From Oopsacas minuta (taxonomy: Eukaryota > Animalia > Porifera), in the NCBI GenBank assembly GCA_024704765.1, contig JAKMXF010000288.1, positions 248,001 to 312,000 of the forward strand: 64,000 bases of DNA, in the 5' to 3' direction. This document shows, piece by piece, positions 33,874 through 46,881 of this stretch (position 1 is the stretch's first letter; each line of letters opens with the position of its first letter). A program made the translations under genes and the position numbers. A model generated the notes under the pieces. That model was not told the DNA's origin and ran no database searches. It saw nothing but the letters and a program-made list of their open reading frames with translations.

Positions 33874-34220
33874 ATTGTGTTATATTATTTGTAACTATAA
33901 TTTGTGTATGGTGTATTCTACTAAATGAAGAGGGTAATCCTCCGCTTGAAATATTGTATATAATAATCTCTGATATGCATACTTGGTAACTGTCGCGGTT
34001 TTGCCGGGACGTGCCGATTATCCATACATATATAGGCATTTGTTGAGTGTTTAGGTCGTCGAAAATGCCGACAATACAGTCAACTTCCGTTACATCTAAC
34101 GAAGTAACATATATCCCATCGGTTATATGAACTCCGCTTATATCGAAGAAATTATCGCGGTCCCTTAAGCTTCGATGTAACTGGAGTTAACCTTATTAAT
34201 ATTAAATATTTCTAGAGTCC

Positions 34221-36396
<2,176 letters not shown>

Positions 36397-36824
36397 TTGA
36401 TTGGCTGTCAGATGTCTGGTATTCTGTTTGATGTGTGTACCAATTATATTGCTATGCTGATTCATTGTTTATTGCATTGTTGTTATTTAATGGAAAATAA
36501 AAATGAGAATATTATTGATTGATGGCGTTTTTCGTGGGAATGTTAGTAGCAATTTTTTCTGAAAATTCTTTCCAAATACCCTCGAAGGAATTATGATATC
36601 AAAAAGTGGACAATCGGATCGCCTCCCCTCGCCCCAATTTCCTGCTGCCTAGTTTCTACTGAACCAAATTACAATAAAGTCAAATGACTGAAATATAACT
36701 ACAGTATTCGTGTGGGAATCACTTGAAAATGGATTAAACGTAGACGGAATTCTTTCAAAAGTAACAAAAGTGATATTTATTAGTGTAAATCAAGAAAATA
36801 TAAATAAGTTTCTAAAACAAACAT

Positions 36825-37496
36825 TTAATAAATTCTCCTCCATTGCTTAGCAGCATAAGCAAACTGCTTTGATGCTATTTTAACAATTCCCTGAAAAGTG
36901 AACGGTTCATGCATAGCTAACTGTGACATTATCTTCTTATCTAGTTGTATACGAGCCTCGTATATACCTGACATGAAGAAGTTGTAAGGAAGACCGTGTT
37001 GAAGAGAACCTGCACCTAAAAATAAATTCAACTAGAGTAGAACCTCGTTAATACGTACACCAAGGGACCGTCGAGATTTGTACTCCTTATCCGGAAATTC
37101 ATATTAATGTGTTTGTATTAACGAGGTTTCACTGGAATTGAAAAATTCGCTAGAATTGAATTTTGGTTGTAATTATGGTAGTTGTTCCCCAGACTTATCC
37201 GTGATTTACGAATGACAGCAGGGGGTACATAGGATGTGTTAAAATTGGTATAGGGGATCATTTTAGCCCTCAAAATGGGTTCACATACCTATTCTAGTTA
37301 TCCATAACTGTCTCATATCTCTCTTCTTTAGTTTCCTACTGCCATAAGATTTCCTGAGTGCTCTATGCACTCTCCTTATTGATATACGATAGCAGGTTTT
37401 AGCCATTCCACGGAATCCTTTAGCTAGTGCTAAGACACGAGCTCTACGCATTTGACGGACTATACGCATTCCGCTTCTCATTGCTTTACGACTCAT
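36825..37496 (-). CDS. MRPL20: Mitochondrial ribosomal protein bL20m, 2 exons
   Basis: LALAKGFRG, SRKLKKRDMRQLWITRI spliced in phase to GAGSLQHGLPYNFF...IQLDKKIMSQLAMHEPFTF. Confidence 0.92.
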
Positions 37497-37652
37497 TTTG
37501 ACACGATTCTAAAATGAATAGAATACAGTAGTAAACATACAGCCAACCCCCGTCATATATCAAATACCCGCTAATATCGAATTTCCCTGAGATAGCATAT
37601 AACAATTCATAACAGAGTCCTCTATTCAATTCAAATAATATACAATATATAT

Positions 37653-38318
37653 TCACGCAATTTTAAGCGCAGTACACTGCTGATCCAGCTCTTCCATCTC
37701 TTGTAATACTAGAGCTACGTTATACCGCATCTCATGGAATTTCTCCACAGACATCTCAAACATAGAAGTTTTCCCATTTGTTAACTGAAGTTCTCCAAGG
37801 ATGGTGGGTATTAGAACACGTTGAAGTAAGGTGTTAGAAATTGTGATATCCACGCGCCATTTTAGTGCCTGAAATCTGGGGAGGGAGACACCAGCTTCTA
37901 CGACGCTTGCGTTAATAACCGCACGATTCGCACCGAATAACATTTTGACTAAAATACCGATAGCGGCTTCAGGAAATTTCAGATTTCGTAAGTCCTCTTC
38001 AAAATGTTCTTGTCTCATATTCGGGCTTTTTAGTGTATATCTTGCTACGACGATAATCGCAGATATAACTCCTTTGGTTTCTTCCTCTGTGAGGGGAATA
38101 CTCTCGATCAATTCATTGAATTTATCATTATTAAACTCCTGATCTACCAAATAGCCGTTCACAAAAGTAAGAATATTTTTCCAATTATTTTTTTCAAGAT
38201 TCATAGCCTTTTTTATAGTGAATAGTGATTTGATCTCCGGGGGGATTTGGAAACCGTAAAAGGGGGCGCGCTCCCCGAGACCTCCTCCAGCAATAGAAGC
38301 TTGTTTCCTCATGCTCAT
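37653..38318 (-). CDS. COMMD5: COMM domain-containing protein 5
   Basis: FYGFQIPPEI and WRVDITISN...MSVEKFHEMRYNVALVLQEM are colinear with COMMD5. ATG 38318 preferred over the ORF-track start at 38459. Confidence 0.88.
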   Translation of the reverse strand: MSMRKQASIAGGGLGERAPFYGFQIPPEIKSLFTIKKAMNLEKNNWKNILTFVNGYLVDQEFNNDKFNELIESIPLTEEETKGVISAIIVVARYTLKSPNMRQEHFEEDLRNLKFPEAAIGILVKMLFGANRAVINASVVEAGVSLPRFQALKWRVDITISNTLLQRVLIPTILGELQLTNGKTSMFEMSVEKFHEMRYNVALVLQEMEELDQQCTALKIA

Positions 38319-38464
38319 ATAGCCTAATAGATAACATATAAACAGTTGTTTATTATTTGAACGAACTTCAGGACAGTTTTTATAGTTTCTTAATATTAGC
38401 CCCATCAGATATGGATAGACTAAACACAGCCGTTCCCAACCTGTGATCAATAGACCCATTGATG

Positions 38465-38540
38465 ATCCATGGACGACAGCAGGGGGTCCACAGAAGTGTT
38501 AAAATTGGTGTAGGAGTCCACCAGTGAAAAGGTTGGGAAA
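38465..38540. repeat. Dispersed short repeat (probably hAT-MITE remnants). Also at about 27430, 37215, 44900, 59430, 60555-60640
   Basis: Recurring GACAGCAGGGGGTCCACAG...GTGTTAAAATTGGT motif. Confidence 0.6.
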
Positions 38541-38964
38541 TGCTGAAGTTTTGGTGTCCAAATCTCGGAGTTTCGACTGTAGTTCTGGAAATTTCGACTC
38601 ATGGTTTGTGTAACCCCCAAAAATGATTTTCACGATAATTTCCAGATCTTCGGTACTCATTGAAACTTATTTGACATAATAAATGTGTAAACTGTGCTCT
38701 GTAGTAGAGCTACGTGTTAAACAGTGTTCGTAACAAAATACATATAATTAATCCAAAATATGCTAGAGGACAAATTACAGGAAATCAAATTTAAAATATC
38801 CAAATTTAGAAGAGACTTAACCCAACTGAAATATGATCGGTGCTGTTTGACTGATATTGAAAATCATTTCCTAAAAATCTCCTATCTTAATATCAGACAC
38901 AACTAATATTAGGCACAGTTCATTTATATAAAGCAAGCTGCTTGTAAATTTGTTAAAAGATTGA

Positions 38965-41900
38965 ATGGCACAGATTGAAAATTGTGAGATTTCGTGTATT
39001 GTTGAGGGCTTTATTTGTCCGGAATGTCACTTACAATTCTCTAATCCAGATCCCCTACAGGAACATTATATGGCAGAACACGTGCTACCCACATCTCCTA
39101 TCCAATCTCCCATCAAAATCGCGAAATCTGATGAATTCATTGACGACGCACAAGTGACGAATATCGATCTCAATTATAATCCATCTGAAATGGTCGATTT
39201 CGCTGTTTTGGACGAAACGAATGGACACATGATAGAAGCCGCGAATTTACACCGGGCTGGCATGTGTTGTGTGTGTCATAGCATTATATTTTCAGTGTGC
39301 TATATCTGTATGACTTGTAACAAAGCTTGTCACCCTAAGTGCCTAACAAATATCGGTAATTGTGAGCTATTTGTTAGTATGACAGAGGACATGCGGTTAT
39401 ATGAAGGACGTGACTATAGTTTACGCGAAAAACGCGAAAAAATCGGGATAAGTGGCATCATAAAGCGCGTCCTTTCAAAGAAAACAGAACGATACACAGA
39501 AGAAGGATTCGACTTAGATTTAACCTATATTACCGAAAGGATAATTGCAATGTCTTTTCCAGCAACTGGCGTTGAATCTGTGTATAGAAATGGTCTTAGA
39601 GATGTCGCTAAGATGCTGATGAACAAACACGGTGAGAATTATCTCGTGTTTAATTTGAGCGAGAGACGCTATGACATTTCGAAGTTAAACAATCAAGTAT
39701 TGGACTTTGGATGGCCGGATCATTTAGCCCCGTCACTTGACCGTCTTTGTAGTATTTGTAAGTCGATCACATCATGGCTCGACTCGGATCAAAGACACGT
39801 AGCTGTGGTTCATTGCGTCGGAGGAAAAGGCCGTACGGGTGTTGTAGTAGCTGCATACTTACACTACAGTAATATCTGTAACACACCTGAATCAGCTTTG
39901 GATAAATTCGCAATGCAAAGGTTCTTCAACGAAAAACACGGCGTTAACCAACCCTCACAACGTCGGTATGTGTACTATTTCGCGGATTTACTCGCAGGAC
40001 AGCTGATCGCTCATAATCACCCAGCTGTTATAACACGTATTTCCTTACAAGGAATTCCTAATTGCGATAATAAAGGCGGCTGTAAGTTATTTTTCAAATT
40101 CTATCAGAATTTGAAACCTCTTTACACAACACCTGTTTATGAAGCGAACCATAGTCTCGAGCAATTAGTAGTCCCTCTCTCCCCAGGGTTAATCCTCATC
40201 GGAGATATTTTAATTAAGTGTTACAATAAGAGAAATGTGCCAGGAAAACGGGATTGTATTTTTCGGGTACAATTCCCGAGTTACGTCATTGAAACTGAAC
40301 AACTCTTGTTTATCAAGAGTGAGCTAGATGATGCTTGGAAAGACAAGCGGTTTCCCGATGAAGGACATGTGGAATTAACATTTTCGCATCAAGGTGATAA
40401 TTCTATACCGACAAATATCAGTCCAATAACCACGTTAACGGAAGAGAACAGTTTTAAATCAGACACATACTGTAAGTTTAGGCCTAATTATAACGCGGTC
40501 GTACCGGATAAAGGAGATATGAGACGGTATAGCGATCTTACAGATGACGAATTAATCAGCGTTTATTCCGCTGTTGATTATAACAAAAAATCCCTACCAG
40601 TTTTGATTGAAATCCCCGCGCGCACTCGAAATGAAACCGAGACAACTTTCGGGACTCCACCGGAAGTAATACCCTATAGAGGTGACGATTTGCCTGCCCA
40701 GAAGGCAGAAAAAATAGACACACATAATGATGCAAGAAACAGCGTCGCCTTCATTAACAAAACCGTCAAAGAATATAAAAGTAGAATGGGTAAGAAGAAA
40801 GTTGAAAAGAAAGATCGCATTCCAAGTACACTCTCTAGTATCGATGGAGAGGATGCGGTATTACCTGATGGCTCACAGAAAGATGTACCAATTAATTTTG
40901 ATGATATCATCATCTGTAAAATTCCTGACAAAGAACGCTGCGGGACGTTAACGGATACAACTTTGGAAGGAATTGACCTAGAAGGGATACAGAAATATTT
41001 GGAAATAGATCAGAGAGATTGGGACAGACGTTCTAGGAAGGTTAAGAATAAAGACGCGATCGTGTACAAGGATAATGATTATAAGAACGATGAAGAAACG
41101 CTGAAACTTTTGAGAAAATATGAGGAGAAACAGTCCAAACTCGTGTCAGAGACGATAGAGGATTGGTATAAAGCTTCAATCACAAGGGAAGCTGCAGTTC
41201 GGGAGTTAATCCCGCTCCCTGTCGGCTCATTCGTGATCAGAGACAGTCAAACAGTGTCAGGGGGATACGCGCTCTCTATGAAGGTCCCAGATAGTTTCGT
41301 GCTGCAGAAAAGTCAAGACACAGGCGAATCATTACCCACAAACCCGGAAGATTGTGTGCGCCATTTCTTAATCGCGCCACACCATCGAGGGATAAGACTA
41401 CAAGGCTGGGAAGAACCGCCATTCGATAATCTAACCACATTCGTTATACAGCATAGCAATCAACCAATGGCGTTGCCATGCAGATTAAGAATACGGAGTG
41501 CACATCCGGTTGCACCAACCGAGCCGGTACCTAGACCAAGAGGGGAGCTAAAAAACATAGAAATAGCGGCGAAAGCGGTCTACCTCGGCGGACTAAACAT
41601 CGCTGGAAAAGGGACCAAAGTTCAGATGGAGGATGTTGCGGCTAAACTAAGTACAGCTAGAAAATCTCTTTCCATTTTAGTCGAGATTAAAGTATCAGCC
41701 AAAGAAGGAATTACGATAACTGACGTGAACAAGAAAGCATTCGATTCGCGGTCATTTATGCCTAATGAGGTCACCTTCGCAGCTGTCTGCACAAGTGTGA
41801 AATGGACAGGAGGTGTACAGCTCAAAGAATCTGGGATAGAAGAACAGTTTACTAACTCAAACTGCTTCGGGTTAGTCGTTGGAATTAGGAATCAGGTTGG

Positions 41901-41985
41901 GCATACTTGTCTCACATTCGCCGATCCAAGTCCTTCAAATATCTCTCAAACAATCGTGTGTTATATAAATACACATTTAATATAA
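38965..41985 (+). CDS. TNS: Tensin (C2H2 - C1 - PTEN-like PTP - C2 - SH2 - PTB), intronless
   Basis: FDLDLTYITERIIAMSFP, LDFGWPDHLAP, HCVGGKGRTG, QPSQRRY; SH2 WYKASITREAA...GSFVIRDS; C-terminal PTB. Confidence 0.92.
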   Translation: MAQIENCEISCIVEGFICPECHLQFSNPDPLQEHYMAEHVLPTSPIQSPIKIAKSDEFIDDAQVTNIDLNYNPSEMVDFAVLDETNGHMIEAANLHRAGMCCVCHSIIFSVCYICMTCNKACHPKCLTNIGNCELFVSMTEDMRLYEGRDYSLREKREKIGISGIIKRVLSKKTERYTEEGFDLDLTYITERIIAMSFPATGVESVYRNGLRDVAKMLMNKHGENYLVFNLSERRYDISKLNNQVLDFGWPDHLAPSLDRLCSICKSITSWLDSDQRHVAVVHCVGGKGRTGVVVAAYLHYSNICNTPESALDKFAMQRFFNEKHGVNQPSQRRYVYYFADLLAGQLIAHNHPAVITRISLQGIPNCDNKGGCKLFFKFYQNLKPLYTTPVYEANHSLEQLVVPLSPGLILIGDILIKCYNKRNVPGKRDCIFRVQFPSYVIETEQLLFIKSELDDAWKDKRFPDEGHVELTFSHQGDNSIPTNISPITTLTEENSFKSDTYCKFRPNYNAVVPDKGDMRRYSDLTDDELISVYSAVDYNKKSLPVLIEIPARTRNETETTFGTPPEVIPYRGDDLPAQKAEKIDTHNDARNSVAFINKTVKEYKSRMGKKKVEKKDRIPSTLSSIDGEDAVLPDGSQKDVPINFDDIIICKIPDKERCGTLTDTTLEGIDLEGIQKYLEIDQRDWDRRSRKVKNKDAIVYKDNDYKNDEETLKLLRKYEEKQSKLVSETIEDWYKASITREAAVRELIPLPVGSFVIRDSQTVSGGYALSMKVPDSFVLQKSQDTGESLPTNPEDCVRHFLIAPHHRGIRLQGWEEPPFDNLTTFVIQHSNQPMALPCRLRIRSAHPVAPTEPVPRPRGELKNIEIAAKAVYLGGLNIAGKGTKVQMEDVAAKLSTARKSLSILVEIKVSAKEGITITDVNKKAFDSRSFMPNEVTFAAVCTSVKWTGGVQLKESGIEEQFTNSNCFGLVVGIRNQVGHTCLTFADPSPSNISQTIVCYINTHLI

Positions 41986-42252
41986 TTTTCTTTATTTCCT
42001 TATTTACAAGTTTGTTCGTTTGTTTGTTTGCTTGTTTTTATTGTAATTTATTTTCCATATTTTAATAATTATAATAACTGTATTTTGGGTTGAAACTTTG
42101 AATTAATAAAATATATTATTTTGAGTGAAACGATGGAATTTTCGAATAAATACGTGTCAACCATGAAATCTGACAAATTCGGACATGTTGGTTCTTAGCG
42201 TTTTGTCCCGATTTAAGGGAATTCCATATTAACGGAACGGTCACTACGAAGC

Positions 42253-42330
42253 ATACAGTAGACTCCAATTAATAGAGCTACCGGTTAATCGGGTCAAAAT
42301 GGCCTGGTCCCTATGTGACCTTATTAAACC
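42253..42330. mobile_element. MITE family C fragment. Also at about 7825-7870, 14635-14670, 19250-19335
   Basis: Shared TACAGTAGACTCCAATTAATAGAGCTACCGGTTAATCGGGTCAAAATGGCCTGGT. Confidence 0.7.
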
Positions 42331-43079
42331 ATATCTACGCGCAAGGTCTTAATACTTCCTTGAAAATTGTCCAGTTTAACCGAATATGGCAGACCAAAAT
42401 TGAATTTTTCAATCAAAGTATCGATTTCATTTGCAGGATAATTATAAGATGATTACAGCGTGTAATCAATATGATACAACAATGGATGATTACGTATACA
42501 AATATTCATATTTACTTACAAATAAATAATATTTCGTAAGATTAGTTATGACTAAAGTATTAGTGCTTGTACGTCAGTAGAAAGTATAACAGAATTCTGT
42601 CAGACTTGTATATCGTAATGGACAATTTATGGCTGGCTAAGTATGCTGTATGTAAGGGGGAAATATCTGAAGTCAAAGGAGATTGTCCACTGCCAATTTT
42701 GGGTGTATGTCTTCTAAAATATGCAAAATATGCAAAATATAATATTGTATGCATATAGATTGAATTAATATTTTTGTAGAAAATTTTGGGAAATCAGCAA
42801 TTAAGGTTTTCTAAACAGTGGTAGTACTAGGCGGGGGCTTTTGCTCCTTGTTTGAAAGTCCTGACTACGGATATTAAACCCTTTCTCAGTAGTGTTAAGC
42901 ATAGTAACCCGAGCCCTTATGGACCCATTTCCCGCAGACTCCCCTCGTATATTGAAAATTAGAATATATAAATATTTGTATGAATTACACCAATTATAGT
43001 AACAGCTGTTTATGCTTAAAATGGCTAATAAAAAATCTTAAAAAGTGTGCTAAAAATATACAAAAAATATTACAAATAT

Positions 43080-44429
43080 TTACACTTTTTCCTTTTTCAA
43101 CTCTTCATTAATTTCCAAAGTTTTCAAGAACTCCTGTCGCTCCGTATATCTCCGTTTATACTTCTCACTCCGCTTATAAGTCCTCCATATTTTGAAAATC
43201 CAATTCTTCCCATATAGCCAAACCTTACCCAATGCGAGGAACATTGCACAAAGCGACCCTAAAGTATTCCAGACCGTGGTTGATACCAGCTCTTGGCTTT
43301 CTTCCAAAATCGGATCGGCCCATTCGAATTCTGCGATTACTTCATCACTTCTACTATTATTAACTCCTGGGATTAAACGCGCCAAATTCGTCGTCACTTG
43401 AAAAGTCACATAAATTTTGTTATTAAGCGTCTGATCGATTGTTTTATCAAGTTTCACAAAATTGGCAAAATCTCCCGCTAGCATATATACAGGATTATTT
43501 TCCTCTATTTCTTGTAGAAACACTTCTGGTGTCTTTCGACCAGCTTCATTTTTGAAATTTTCAAAAGTATTATAAACACGAAACTCAAGATTTGAGACCG
43601 ATCTGTTTGTCAAATTTAGTTGAAAATGAAAGACGTTCTTCTCACCTAATTGTACTCTAGCTGGTCCCTTAAACGCCAAAACTTTTCGTGTGTTATTATG
43701 AGTATGCGAGAAGTAATTGTACTCCATCATTGAGCAGTTAACATCGGTATAATCGGGTAGAAGTTTATCTCCATTATTCTTTTTAACCTCAAAATCACAT
43801 GAAATGAATGTATCATCAATATCTGGGTATATAATGATACTCGGAGGCTTAAACTCTTGTTTATACGTGTACGTCACAGATCGTACAGGATATGTGTAGG
43901 ATAGAACCAAGGATTCAACTGTGATGAATGTATAACCGAAAGCCACTAGCATTAGGAAAAAGTATAAGACGAAAACTAGGAATGTTTGCAAGAATAGTTT
44001 TATTCGCTTGGAATGATAGTTGCTTATGAATGATTCTGTACGTGATCTTTCTCTGTATGAATGGTCCATTAGATTTTCCTAAAAGCATATATTAAAAATG
44101 AAATAATCGTCGAGAACTATGCTTAATAGAACCACTTGTCAAATTTATCGAACAAGTGTAATATACCGTATTCATTCGAATAATCGCCTATTCGGATATA
44201 CAATTACCTCTCGTTATATCTAACACGGATATATCGAAGTGTGAATTGTACAAATATGGCCCAAAACCGTCGAAGTAACACATATTCCATTGGTTATATG
44301 GAATCGATTATCGCGGCCCCTTGAGCTTCAATATAACAGAAGCTAACTGTAACTATAATTCCTTACCGGATCCATAAGCCCTTTCTCTTCCTCAGTAGTT
44401 CCATATGATTTCATCAGAGATTTACTCAT
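43080..44429 (-). CDS. PACC1: Proton-activated chloride channel, 2 exons (44429 to about 44367; about 44078-43080)
   Basis: Two TMs. YPVRSVTY~HPVMSVSY, KGPARV~QGPREV, EFEWADP~VFEWKDP and WNTLGSLCAMFLALGK~WNTIALLCGAFLALFK. Upstream exon MSKSLMKSYGTTEEEKGLMDP joins in phase 0. Confidence 0.88.
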
Positions 44430-44539
44430 TGCTATTTAGTTCTTAAAGTGGAATAAGGTTATTTATAATTTTCAGAAATATGTTGGTTATTAATATCTTT
44501 GCAAAAAGTGAAGACAAAATGAAAGTGATTATTATTTTA

Positions 44540-46335
44540 TTTATTGACGATATCTAGAACCATCTTCAACATCATCTTTAGTCTCTATAAGATAATATAA
44601 TCATTATACGTATATTGAAACTACTGAAGTGTAATATGGAACTAAGGATAGTTCATATAGTTATTAGTTCTATTATGTCTAAAGCTCTCTTGTGGTGGTT
44701 GGGAATTACAGGCTTAATTAACATGCAAGCATAGTAATACATTGGAAATTGGCTAATGTAGATTGAGTTACTGGAAGGAGATACAAACATGAAATTTGGC
44801 GAGCTTACGGAGTATGCAATACTGGCACTTAGGAATAATTATCATATTTCATCCAGTACAATGGTTCACCCTTTTCACCCTATCCCAATTTTAATGCATT
44901 CTGTGGACCCTCTCCCCTGCAGACCCCTGCTGTCGTCGTCCGTGCACTCTAGGTTGGGAGCCACCCACTGAAATAAGCGATATCTCTGAGACAAACAAAC
45001 CATGAGGTTATAGTATATGCAGACTGATATTCTATTGGTCAATTGTATGTACTAGTTACGTAATGGTTTGTATACACCTACATATCTGAGAGTGTAAATT
45101 GATTGGCTAAGAGAAAATACTGTATTTGTGTAATCAGCTGTTATACTTACTTGCTTGGTAGTCTCCAGAGGTTGGAAAGTACTCAGATTCTGTGAATGAT
45201 ATTTTAAATAACTCAGAGACCAAACTTTGCTTCTTTTCATTAATTCTAGAATAAGAATACAGGGAACCTCGTTAATACGAAAACAGTTAATTCCCATATA
45301 TTTACATGTATAAAATTGGTACATTTTCGGAAAAGATACATTTTTTTAGAGAAATCAACTTTTCACCCTTGGACGCCCGTTTTGCCCCCAAAAATATCCA
45401 AGAATATAAACTTTCAAATCTTCTTCGTTGGATGTTTTAGAGGAAATAATTGTGTATAACAAGTTCCACTGACCTTTATGATCTATTTCCCCAGAAGAAT
45501 CTCTTAATGAATTAAATATTTGTTCTGCTTTTCTGTACCAAAATAGAGGAACTGTAATTGGGGTGAATGCTTGTATTTTATGGTGTGGATCCTTTGAAAC
45601 TTGTCTGTCTGTTAAATTGTACTCACGCGCTAGAAGAAATGTCATAAACAAACAAACGAGTTTCACTATGGGACTGCTAGATTTCGCACGTCCGCACGTA
45701 CGGACGTCACACATCCTCCATCCCATTAGAGTATCCCTCTATTAGGACCTGCACTCACAAACAAACAAACTCACTAGATTTATTACTCTGAGTAAGTTGA
45801 GCTCTTATACCAGCTACTGGAGGGAGTAGAGCTCTACTCTTCTCATAAACTAACTGATATTTGTCCAAATCTGAATGATCCAATTCTTCTATATTCATCT
45901 ACAGGAATATCAAATAAAAATTCAAGTTATACATTAGACTCTTTATTAATTATTTGAAGTTCGTATTAACCGTGTGAGGTCCACTGTAGTACAATTCCTA
46001 TTCAGATAAGACGTATACTAATGCCTCACATTAACAGTAGTCATTACAATCTGTATTCCAATACATCTATACGGAGAGGGATAAGCTATATTAGATTTCA
46101 AATAGAAAGCATCTTTAGGTGATTTCTCAAGTCTTCTAGTGCTGATTACTACTTTACGGTTAGCGGGGAATTTAAGTTTGGTGCTTGGTAAGTCAGCATC
46201 CCTGGTCCAGACACCTCCACAGATCGTGAACAGCTGTAGAAAGGGGGGACCGTCTTTGGAGGGTATTTTTACAAATTGAATTTCAATACCTTCGCGATGG
46301 ATACCTGATTGGTCTTTCTGTTCTTTGTCAGACAT
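44540..46335 (-). CDS. Unrecognised multi-exon protein-coding gene; 3' end uncertain
   Basis: Four phase-compatible GT-AG exons (46335-46030, 45898 to about 45775, about 45630-45475, about 45250-45148) give about 230 aa of stop-free sequence; no family recognised. Confidence 0.5.
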
Positions 46336-46374
46336 TACTTAGCTGGAAATAGAATTAAAGTCACTTTGCATGGT

Positions 46375-46490
46375 AATATCTCGAAAACAATAAGTCCGCT
46401 TTATATGCTCAAAATTGCAAAAATGTAGGCTGGAGTCCCCTCTTCACGAAAAATAATGTCTCAGTACAATTCGTCCGTCCGTAACTATAG
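46375..46490. repeat. Dispersed repeat shared with about 49070-49180
   Basis: ATATCTCGGAAAC...TATATGCT..AATTGCAAAAATGTAGG...CCTCTTC.CGAAAAAT occurs in both places. Confidence 0.6.
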
Positions 46491-46881
46491 TAGATCCGGA
46501 CTTAAATCATGAAATATTGTTACGTAAAATGTTCATATAGCGCTTATTATCCATCCAGAAACATTTGGCGATTAATACTATTTTCCCAGAGTTGTATCCA
46601 GGGAAGTGGTCCATAGGAACCCCAGAATTCGGCGAAATGTCACACGTGTCAAAAATGAGAGATGATCATTTCTAGCCAACCTGACCATAACAACCACAAA
46701 TCACAATAGGAATGTGAATCAATACGTATAGTCTCCCATACGAACGTATTATTATTATAACTCTACATATATTCCTATTACCTAATTATGAATACAAATA
46801 CATACTCTAAGACGAATAATCTCACTTGGCTAGAGAACAAATAATGGGGGTAGTAGAAATATACAGAATAACAGGCGGTCT

